Source: Heterodontus francisci (lineage: Eukaryota). From it: a stretch of 64,000 bases of DNA. Positions 54,545 through 64,000 of the stretch are shown here, piece by piece. The notes under the pieces were generated by a model. That model searched no databases, had not been told where the DNA came from, and saw only the letters and a list, made by a program, of their open reading frames with translations. Where the stretch lies: positions 66,954,862 to 67,018,861 of the forward strand of contig NC_090399.1 of the NCBI RefSeq assembly GCF_036365525.1. Direction: 5' to 3'. Every line of letters begins with the position of its first letter. Within the stretch, counting starts at the first letter, position 1. The position numbers and the translations under genes were made by a program.

Positions 54545-57530
54545 TTGATTTACAGGGGCTCTGTGTTGTGTTGTTTTGGGGTTTATTTACAGGGGCTCTG
54601 TGTTGTGTTGTGTTGGGGTTTATTTACAGGGGCTCTGTGTTGTGTTGTTTTGAGGTTTATTTACAGGGGCTCTGTGTTGCGTTGGGGTTTATTTACAGGG
54701 CCTCTGTGTTGTGTTGGGGTTTATTTACAGGGGCTCTGTGTTGTGTTGTTTTGGGGTTTATTTAGAGGGGCTCTGTTTTGTGTTGTGTTGGTCATTATTT
54801 ATAGGGGCTCTGTGTTGTTTTGGGGTATATTTACAGGGGCTCTATGTTGTGTTGGGGTTTATTTACAGGGATTCTGTTGTGCTGGGGTTTATTTACAGGG
54901 GCTCTGTGTTGTGTTGTTTTGGGTTATATTTACAGGGGCTCTGTGTTGTGTTGTGTTGGGGTTTATTTACAGGGGCTCTGTGTTGTGTTGTTTAGGGGTT
55001 TATTTACAGGGGCTCTGTGTTGTGTTGGGGTTTATTTACAGGGGCTCTGTGTTGTGTTGGGGTTTATTTACAGGGGCTCTGTGTTGTGTTGTTTTGGGGT
55101 TTATTTAGAGGGGCTCTGTTTTGTGTTGTGTTGGTCATTATTTATAGGGGCTCTGTGTTGTTTTGGGGTTTATTTACAGGGGCTCTATGTTGTGTTGGGG
55201 TTTATTTACAGGGATTCTGTTGTGTTGGGGTTTATTTACAGGGGCTCTGTGTTGTGTTGTTTAGGGGTTTATTTACAGGGGCTCTGTGTTGTGTTGGGGT
55301 TTATTTACAGGGGCTCAGTGTTGTGTTGGGGTTTATTTACAGGGGCTCTGTGTTGTGTTGTTTTGGGGTTTATTTAGAGGGGCTCTGTTTTGTGTTGTGT
55401 TGGTCACTATTTACAGGGGCTCTGTGTTGTGTTGGGGTTTATTTACAGGGGCTCTGTGTTGTGTTGGGGTTTATTTACAGGGGCTCTGTGTTGTGTTGTT
55501 TTGGGGTTTATTTACAGGGGCTTTGTTTTGTGTTGTGTTGGGGTTTATTTACAGGGGTTCTGTGTTGTTTTGGGGTTTATTTACAAAGGCTCTGTGTTGT
55601 GTTGGGTTTATTTACAGGGGCTCTGTGTTGTGTTGGGGTTTATTTACAGGGGCTCTGTGTTGTGTTGGGGTTTATTTACAGGGGCTCTGTGTTGTTTTGG
55701 GGTTTATTTACAGGGGCTCTGTGTTGTGTTGGAGTTTATTTACAGGGACTCTGTTGCATTGCGGTTTATTTACAGGGGCTCTGTGTTGTATTGTTTTGAG
55801 GTTTATTTACAGGGGCTCTGTGTTGTGTTGTGTTGGAGTTTATTTCCAGGGACTGTGTGTTGTGTTGGGGTTTATTAACAGGGACTCTGTTGTGTTGGGG
55901 TTTATTTACAGGGGCTCTGAGTTGTGTTGGGGTAAATTTACAGGGAATCTGTTGTGTTGGGGTTTATTTACAGGGGCTCTGTGTTGTGTTGGGGTTTATT
56001 TACAGGGAATCTGTTGTGTTGGGGTTTATTTACAGGGGCTCTGTGTTGTGTTGTTTTGGGGTTTATTTACAGGGGCTCTGTGTTGTGTTGTGTTGGGGTT
56101 TATTTACAGGGGCTCTGTGTTGTGTTGTTTTGAGGTTTATTTACAGGGGCTCTGTGTTGCGTTGGGGTTTATTTACAGGGCCTCTGTGTTGTGTTGGGGT
56201 TTATTTACAGGGGCTCTGTGTTGTGTTGTTTTGGGGTTTATTTAGAGGGGCTCTGTTTTGTGTTGTGTTGGTCATTATTTATAGGGGCTCTGTGTTGTTT
56301 TGGGGTATATTTACAGGGGCTCTATGTTGTGTTGGGGTTTATTTACAGGGATTCTGTTGTGCTGGGGTTTATTTACAGGGGCTCTGTGTTGTGTTGTTTT
56401 GGGTTATATTTACAGGGGCTCTGTGTTGTGTTGTGTTGGGGTTTATTTACAGGGGCTCTGTGTTGTGTTGTTTAGGGGTTTATTTACAGGGGCTCTGTGT
56501 TGTGTTGGGGTTTATTTACAGGGGCTCTGTGTTGTGTTGGGGTTTATTTACAGGGGCTCTGTGTTGTGTTGTTTTGGGGTTTATTTAGAGGGGCTCTGTT
56601 TTGTGTTGTGTTGGTCATTATTTATAGGGGCTCTGTGTTGTTTTGGGGTTTATTTACAGGGGCTCTATGTTGTGTTGGGGTTTATTTACAGGGATTCTGT
56701 TGTGTTGGGGTTTATTTACAGGGGCTCTGTGTTGTGTTGTTTAGGGGTTTATTTACAGGGGCTCTGTGTTGTGTTGGGGTTTATTTACAGGGGCTCAGTG
56801 TTGTGTTGGGGTTTATTTACAGGGGCTCTGTGTTGTGTTGTTTTGGGGTTTATTTAGAAGGGCTCTGTTTTGTGTTGTGTTGGTCACTATTTACAGGGGC
56901 TCTGTGTTGTGTTGGGGTTTATTTACAGGGGCTCTGTGTTGTGTTGGGGTTTATTTACAGGGGCTCTGTGTTGTGTTGTTTTGGGGTTTATTTACAGGGG
57001 CTTTGTTTTGTGTTGTGTTGGGGTTTATTTACAGGGGTTCTGTGTTGTTTTGGGGTTTATTTACAAAGGCTCTGTGTTGTGTTGGGTTTATTTACAGGGG
57101 CTCTGTGTTGTGTTGGGGTTTATTTACAGGGGCTCTGTGTTGTGTTGGGGTTTATTTACAGGGGCTCTGTGTTGTTTTGGGGTTTATTTACAGGGGCTCT
57201 GTGTTGTGTTGGAGTTTATTTACAGGGACTCTGTTGCATTGCGGTTTATTTACAGGGGCTCTGTGTTGTATTGTTTTGAGGTTTATTTACAGGGGCTCTG
57301 TGTTGTGTTGTGTTGGAGTTTATTTCCAGGGACTGTGTGTTGTGTTGGGGTTTATTAACAGGGACTCTGTTGTGTTGGGGTTTATTTACAGGGGCTCTGA
57401 GTTGTGTTGGGGTAAATTTACAGGGAATCTGTTGTGTTGGGGTTTATTTACAGGGGCTCTGTGTTGTGTTGGGGTTTATTTACAGGGAATCTGTTGTGTT
57501 GGGGTTTATTTACAGGGGCTCTGTGTTGTG
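54545..57530 (+). repeat. Tandem duplication, period 1480 bp
   Basis: ORF anchors 54711/56191, 55017/56497, 55390/56870 and 55830/57310; one visible difference, TAGAGG ~55378 versus TAGAAG ~56858. Confidence 0.9.
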
Positions 57531-58439
57531 TTGGGGTAAATTTACAGGGGTTCTGTGTTCTGTTGGGGTTTATTTACAGGGGCTCTGTGTTGTGTTATTT
57601 TGGGGATTATTTACAGGGGCTCTGTTTTGTGTTCTGTTGGGGTTTATTTACAGGGGCTCAGTGTTGTGTTGTTTTGGGGTTTATTTACATGGGCTCTGTG
57701 TTGTGTTGAGGTTTATTTACAGGGGCTCTGTGTTGTGTTGTTTTGGGGTTTATGTACAGGGGCTCTGTGTTGTGTTGGGGTTTATTTACAGGGGCTCTGT
57801 TTTGTGTTGTTTTGGGGTTTATTTACAGGGACTCTGTGTTGTGTTGCGTTTTATTTACAGGGACTCTGCTGTTTTGGGGTATATTTACAGGGGCTCTGTG
57901 TTGTGTTGGAGTTTATTTACAGAGACTCTGTTGTGTTGGGGTTTATTTACAGGGGCTCTGTGTTGTGTTGTTTTGGGGTTTATTTACAGGGGCTCTGTTT
58001 CGTGTTGCGTTGGGGTTTATTTACAGGGGATCTGTGTTGTGTTGTTCTGGGGTTTATTTACAGGGGCTCAGTGTTGCGTTGGGGTTTATTTACAGGGACT
58101 CTGTTGTGTTGGGGTTTATTTACAGGGGCTCTGTGTTGTTTTGGGGTTTATTTACAGGGACTCAGTTGTGTTGGGGTTTATTTCCAGGGGCTCTGTGTTG
58201 TGTTGTGTTGGGGTTTATTTACAGGGGCTCTGTGTTGTGTTGCGGTTTATTTACAGGGACTCTGTCTTGTGTTGGGGTTTATTTACAGGGACTCTGTTGT
58301 GTTGGGGTTTATTTACAGGGGCTCTATGTTGTGTTGGGGTTTATTTACAGGGATTCTGTTGTGTTGGGGTTTATTTACAGGGGCTCTGTGTTGTGTTGTT
58401 TTGGGGTATATTTACAGGGACTCTGTTGTGTTGGTGTGT

Positions 58440-61400
58440 ATTTCCAAGGGCTCTGTGTTGTGTTGTGTTTATTTACAGGGACTCTGTTGTGTTGTGTTTA
58501 TTTACAGGGGCTCTGTGTTGTGTTGTGTTTATTTACAGGGGCTCTGTGTTGTGTTTATTTACAGGGACTCTGTGTTGTGTTTATTTACAGGGACTCTGTG
58601 TTGTGTTTATTTACAGGGGCTCTGTGTTGTGTTGTGTTTATTTACAGGGACTCTGTGTTGTGTTTATTTACAGGGACTCTGTGTTGTGTTTATTTACAGG
58701 GACTCTGTGTTGTGTTTATTTACAGGGGCTCTGTGTTGTGTTTATTTACAGGGACTCTGTGTTGTGTTTATTTACAGGGACTCTGTGTTGTGTTGTGTTG
58801 ATTTACAGGGACTCTGTGTTGTGTTGTGTTGATTTACAGGGACTCTGTGTTGTGTTTATTTACAGGGACTCTGTGTTGTGTTGAGTTACAGGGACTCTGT
58901 GTTGTGTATATTTACAGGGACTCTGTGTTGTGATTATTTACAGGGACTCTGTGTTGTGTTGTGTTGATTTACAGGGACTCTGTGTTGTGTTGTGTTGATT
59001 TACAGGGACTCTGTGTTGTGTTTATTTACAGGGACTCTGTTGTGTTGTGTTGTGTTGATTTACAGGGACTCTGTTGTGTTTATTTACAGGGACTCTGTGT
59101 TGTGTTTATTTACAGGGACTCTGTGTTGTGTTGTGTCTATTTACAGGGACTCTGTGTTGTGTTTATTTACAGGGACTCTATGTTGTGTTTATTTACAGGG
59201 ACTCTGTGTTGTGTTGTGTTTATTTACAGGGACTTTGTGTTGTGTTTATTTTCAGGGACTCTGTGTTGTGTTGTGTTGATTTACAGGGACTCTGTTGTGT
59301 TTATTTACAGGGACTCTGTGTTGTGTTGATTTACAGGGGCTCTGTGTTGTGTTTCTTTACAGGGACTCTGTGTTGTGTTGTGTTTATTTACAGGGACTCT
59401 GTGTTGTGTTGATTTACAGGGACTCTGTGTTGTGTTGTGTTTATTTACAGGGACTCTGTGTTGTGTTTATTTACAGGGACTCTGTGTTGTGTTTATTTAC
59501 AGGGACTCTGTGTTGTGTTGTGTTTATTTACAGGGACTCTGTGTTGTGTTTATTTACAGGGACTCTGTGTTGTGTTTATTTACAGGGACTCTGTGTTGTG
59601 TTTATTTTCAGGGACTCTGTGTTGTGTTGTGTTGATTTACAGGGACTCTGTGTTGTGTTTATTTACAGGGACTCTGTGTTGTGTTGATTTACAGGGGCTC
59701 TGTGTTGTGTTTCTTTACAGGGACTCTGTGTTGTGTTGTGTTTATTTACAGGGACTCTGTGTTGTGTTGATTTACAGGGACTCTGTGTTGTGTTGTGTTT
59801 ATTTACAGGGACTCTGTGTTGTGTTTATTTACAGGGACTCTGTGTTGTGTTGATTTACAGGGGCTCTGTGTTGTGTTTATTTACAGGGACTCCGTGTTGT
59901 GTTTATTTACAGGGACTCTGTGTTGTGTTGTGTTTATTTACAGGGACTCTGTGTTGTGTTTATTTACAGGGACTCTGTGTTGTGTTGATTTACAGGGACT
60001 CTGTGTTGTGTTTATTTACAGGGACTCTGTGTTGTGTTTATTTACAGGGACTCTGTTGTGTTTATTTACAGGGACTCTGTGTTGTGTTGTGTTTATTTAC
60101 AGGGACTCTGTGTTGTGTTGTGTTTATTTACAGGGACTCTGTGTTATGTTTATTTACAGGGACTCTGTGTTGTGTTGTGTTTATTTACAGGGACTCTGTG
60201 TTGTGTTTTTTTACAGGGACTCTGTGTTGTGTTGTGTTTATTTACAGGGACTCTGTGTTGTGTTGATGTACAGGGACTCTGTGTTGTGTTTATTTACAGG
60301 GACTCTGTGCTGTGTTGTGTTTATTTACAGGGACTCTGTGTTGTGTTTATTTACAGGGACTCTGTGTTGTGCTGTGTTTATTTACAGGGACTCTGTTGTG
60401 TTAGGGTTTATTTACAGGGACTCTGTGTTGTGTTTATTTACAGGGACTCTGTGTTGTGCTGTGTTTATTTACAGGGACTCTGTTGTGTTAGGGTTTATTT
60501 ACAGGGACTCTGTGTTGTGTTTATTTACAGGGACTCTGTGCTGTGTTGTGTTTATTTACAGGGACTCTGTGTTGTGTTTATTTACAGGGACTCTGTGTTG
60601 TGCTGTGTTTATTTACAGGGACTCTGTGTTGTGTTTATTTACAGGGACTCTGTGTTGTGTTTATTTACAGGGGCTCTGTGTTGTGTTGTGTTTAATTACA
60701 GGGACTCTGTGTTGTGTTTATTTACAGGGACTCTGTGTTGTGTTTATTTACGGGGGCTCTGTGTTGTGTTTATTTACAGGGACTCCGTGTTGTGTTTATT
60801 TACAGGGACTCTGTGTTGTGTTGTGTTGATTTACAGGGACTCTGTGTTGTGTTGTGTGGATTTACAGGGACTCTGTGTTGTGTTTATTTACAGGGACTCT
60901 GTGTTGTGTTGAGTTACAGGGACTCTGTGTTGTGTATATTTACAGGGACTCTGTGTTGTGATTATTTACAGGGACTCTGTGTTGTGTTGTGTTGATTTAC
61001 AGGGACTCTGTGTTGTGTTGATTTACAGGGACTCTGTGTTGTGTTTATTTACAGGGACTCTGTTGTGTTGTGTTGTGTTGATTTACAGGGACTCTGTGTT
61101 GTGTTTATTTACAGGGACTCTGTGTTGTGTTTATTTACAGGGACTCTGTGTTGTGTTGTGTCTATTTACAGGGACTCTGTGTTGTGTTTATTTACAGGGA
61201 CTCTGTGTTGTGTTTATTTACAGGGACTCTGTGTTGTGTTGTGTTTATTTACAGGGACTTTGTGTTGTGTTTATTTTCAGGGACTCTGTGTTGTGTTGTG
61301 TTGATTTACAGGGACTCTGTGTTGTGTTTATTTACAGGGACTCTGTGTTGTGTTGATTTACAGGGGCTTTGTGTTGTGTTTCTTTACAGGGACTCTGTGT

Positions 61401-64000
61401 TGTGTTGTGTTTATTTACAGGGACTCTGTGTTGTGTTGATTTACAGGGACTCTGTGTTGTGTTGTGTTTATTTACAGGGACTCTGTGTTGTGTTTATTTA
61501 CAGGGACTCTGTGTTGTGTTGTGTTGATTTACAGGGGCTCTGTGTTGTGTTTATTTACAGGGACTCCGTGTTATGTTTATTTACAGGGACTCTGTGTTGT
61601 GTTGTGTTTATTTACAGGGACTCTGTGTTGTGTTTATTTACAGGGACTCTGTGCTGTGTTGTGTTTATTTACAGGGACTCTGTGTTGTGTTTATTTACAG
61701 GGACTCTGTGTTGTGCTGTGTTTATTTACAGGGACTCTGTGTTGTGTTTATTTACAGGGACTCTGTGTTGTGTTTATTTACAGGGGCTCTGTGTTGTGTT
61801 GTGTTTAATTACAGGGACTCTGTGTTGTGTTTATTTACAGGGACTCTGTGTTGTGTTTATTTACGGGGGCTCTGTGTTGTGTTTATTTACAGGGACTCCG
61901 TGTTGTGTTTATTTACAGGGACTCTGTGTTGTGTTGTGTTGATTTACAGGGACTCTGTGTTGTGTTGTGTGGATTTACAGGGACTCTGTGTTGTGTTTAT
62001 TTACAGGGACTCTGTGTTGTGTTGAGTTACAGGGACTCTGTGTTGTGTATATTTACAGGGACTCTGTGTTGTGATTATTTACAGGGACTCTGTGTTGTGT
62101 TGTGTTGATTTACAGGGACTCTGTGTTGTGTTGATTTACAGGGACTCTGTGTTGTGTTTATTTACAGGGACTCTGTTGTGTTGTGTTGTGTTGATTTACA
62201 GGGACTCTGTGTTGTGTTTATTTACAGGGACTCTGTGTTGTGTTTATTTACAGGGACTCTGTGTTGTGTTGTGTCTATTTACAGGGACTCTGTGTTGTGT
62301 TTATTTACAGGGACTCTGTGTTGTGTTTATTTACAGGGACTCTGTGTTGTGTTGTGTTTATTTACAGGGACTTTGTGTTGTGTTTATTTTCAGGGACTCT
62401 GTGTTGTGTTGTGTTGATTTACAGGGACTCTGTGTTGTGTTTATTTACAGGGACTCTGTGTTGTGTTGATTTACAGGGGCTTTGTGTTGTGTTTCTTTAC
62501 AGGGACTCTGTGTTGTGTTGTGTTTATTTACAGGGACTCTGTGTTGTGTTGATTTACAGGGACTCTGTGTTGTGTTGTGTTTATTTACAGGGACTCTGTG
62601 TTGTGTTTATTTACAGGGACTCTGTGTTGTGTTGTGTTGATTTACAGGGGCTCTGTGTTGTGTTTATTTACAGGGACTCCGTGTTATGTTTATTTACAGG
62701 GACTCTGTGTTGTGTTGTGTTTATTTACAGGGACTCTGTGTTGTGTTTATTTACAGGGACTCTGTGTTGTGTTGATTTACAGGGACTCTGTGTTGTGTTT
62801 ATTTACAGGGACTCTGTTGTGTTTATTTACAGGGACTCTGTGTTGTGTTGTGTTTATTTACAGGGACTCTGTGTTGTGTTGTGTTTATTTACAGGGACTC
62901 TGTGTTATGTTTATTTCCAGGGACTCTGTGTTGTGTTGTGTTTATTTACAGGGACTCTGTGTTGTGTTTATTTACAGGGACTCTGTGTTGTGTTGTGTTT
63001 ATTTACAGGGACTCTGTGTTGTGTTGTGTTGATTTACAGGGGCTCTGTGTTGTGTTTATTTACAGGGACTCCGTGTTGTGTTTATTTACAGGGACTCTGT
63101 GTTGTGTTGGGTTTATTTACAGGGACTCTGTGTTGTGTTTATTTACAGGGACTCTGTGTTGTGATTATTTACAGGGACTCTGTGTTGTGTTGTGTTGATT
63201 TACAGGGACACTGTGTTGTGTTGTGTTGATTTACAGAGACTCTGTGTTGTGTTTATTTACAGGGACTCTGTGTTGTGTTGTGTTGATTTACAGGGACTCT
63301 GTGTTGTGTTTATTTACAGGGACTCTGTGTTGTGTTTATTTACAGGGACTCTGTGTTGTGTTGATTTACAGGGGCTCTGTGTTGTGTTTCTTTACAGGGA
63401 CTCTGTGTTGTGTTGTGTTTATTTACAGGGACTCTGTGTTGTGTTGATTTACAGGGACTCTGTGTTGTGTTGTGTTTATTTACAGGGACTCTGTGTTGTG
63501 TTTATTTACAGGGACTCTGTGTTGTGTTGTGTTGATTTACAGGGGCTCTGTGTTGTGTTTATTTACAGGGACTCCGTGTTGTGTTTATTTACAGGGACTC
63601 TGTGTTGTGTTGTGTTTATTTACAGGGACTCTGTGTTGTGTTTATTTACAGGGACTCTGTGTTGTGTTGATTTACAGGGACTCTGTGTTGTGTTGATTTA
63701 CAGGGACTCTGTGTTGTGATTATTTACAGGGACTCTGTTGTGTTTATTTACAGGGACTCTGTGTTGTGTTGTGTTTATTTACAGGGACTCTGTGTTGTGT
63801 TGTGTTTATTTACAGGGACTCTGTGTTGTGTTGATTTACAGGGACTCTGTGTTGTGTTTATTTACAGGGACTCTGTGTTGTGTTTATTTACAGGGACTCT
63901 GTGTTGTGTTGATTTACAGGGACTCTGTGCTGTGTTGTGTTTATTTACAGGGACTCTGTGTTGTGTTTATTTACAGGGACTCTGTGTTGTGCTGTGTTTA
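58440..64000 (+). repeat. Satellite domain B: tandem 26-bp monomer ACAGGGACTCTGTGTTGTGTTTATTT with 24/31-bp variants, roughly 200 monomers; continues past the right edge
   Basis: For example, 58561-58612 is two exact 26-mers. Relative to the A monomer it lacks 6 bp including the GGGG, and GGGA replaces GGGG as the majority allele. Confidence 0.98.
60500..62770 (+). repeat. Domain B higher-order duplication, period 1113 bp
   Basis: ORF anchors 60714/61827, 60958/62071, 61127/62240 and 61464/62577; rare TTACGGGGG, GTGGATTT and GAGTTACAG variants recur at offset 1113. Confidence 0.88.

Larger units (their letters stand above)
1..58430 (+). repeat. Satellite domain A: tandem 32-bp monomer GGGGTTTATTTACAGGGGCTCTGTGTTGTGTT with 30/31/37-bp variants, roughly 1,750 monomers; continues past the left edge
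   Basis: The TTTATTTACAGGG core recurs every 30-37 bp with no unique sequence in between. The 37-bp form has an extra GTGTT/GTTTT pentamer, the 30-bp form has lost GT (mostly GGGACTCTGTT), and the 31-bp form has GGG for GGGG or one T fewer. The consensus is 26/32 G+T on the + strand. Copy number is a rough length/period estimate. Confidence 0.99.

Noticed and set aside
1-58430. Telomerase-made telomere (TTGGGG, TTTTGGGG, occasional TTAGGG and TTACAGGG motifs on a G/T-rich strand)
   Set aside because: The motifs are isolated within a longer monomer rather than tandem, and kb-scale duplications carrying inherited variants indicate recombinational amplification. A subtelomeric or recombination-maintained terminal location cannot be excluded from this window.
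23-63719. Hundreds of long + strand ORFs (up to 991 aa) rich in C, V, L, G and F, resembling a Cys-rich membrane repeat protein
   Set aside because: The monomer has no TAA, TAG or TGA in any + frame, so all three frames are open at once and cycle through the same peptides (GVYLQGLCVV, LGFIYRGSVL, CWGLFTGALC). Monomer lengths of 26, 31, 32 and 37 are not multiples of 3, starts are mostly non-ATG, and stops arise wherever variants occur. There is no sign of coding constraint.
1-64000. CRISPR array (30-37 bp periodicity)
   Set aside because: There are no unique spacers, since units abut directly, and there is no leader or cas gene.
1-64000. Minus-strand coding potential
   Set aside because: Most monomers carry two TAA stops in different frames (GTAAATAAA), frames shift between monomers, and the track lists no minus-strand ORFs.
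1-64000. Transposon insertions, inversions, or tRNA/rRNA genes
   Set aside because: I saw no non-monomer sequence, strand switch, terminal repeat or target-site duplication anywhere.
1-64000. Assignment to a named satellite family, species or centromere
   Set aside because: I do not recognise the monomer with confidence. This needs a BLAST/Dfam/Repbase search and CENP-A or FISH data.

Overview
The whole 64 kb window is one uninterrupted, head-to-tail tandem repeat (satellite/minisatellite) array, most plausibly eukaryotic; the organism cannot be determined. I see no credible genes, RNA genes, transposons or CRISPR arrays. Domain A (1 to ~58430) uses a 32-bp consensus monomer GGGGTTTATTTACAGGGGCTCTGTGTTGTGTT, with 30-, 31- and 37-bp variants. 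Domain B (~58440 to 64000) switches abruptly to a related 26-bp monomer ACAGGGACTCTGTGTTGTGTTTATTT, with 24- and 31-bp variants, that lacks the GGGG tract before TTTATTT. The + strand ORFs are artefacts of a monomer with no stop codon in any frame. Their repeated translations are still useful rulers: they reveal nested higher-order duplications of about 0.09-5.3 kb around a ~5.2 kb super-period. The most notable observations are the reconstructable duplication history, the sharp subfamily junction, recurrent variants that perfect palindromes within the monomer, a fixed-order cassette of hyper-diverged landmark monomers, and CpG-decay-like differences between copies. I found no novel protein-coding system. 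All boundaries were read by eye and are approximate to about one monomer.
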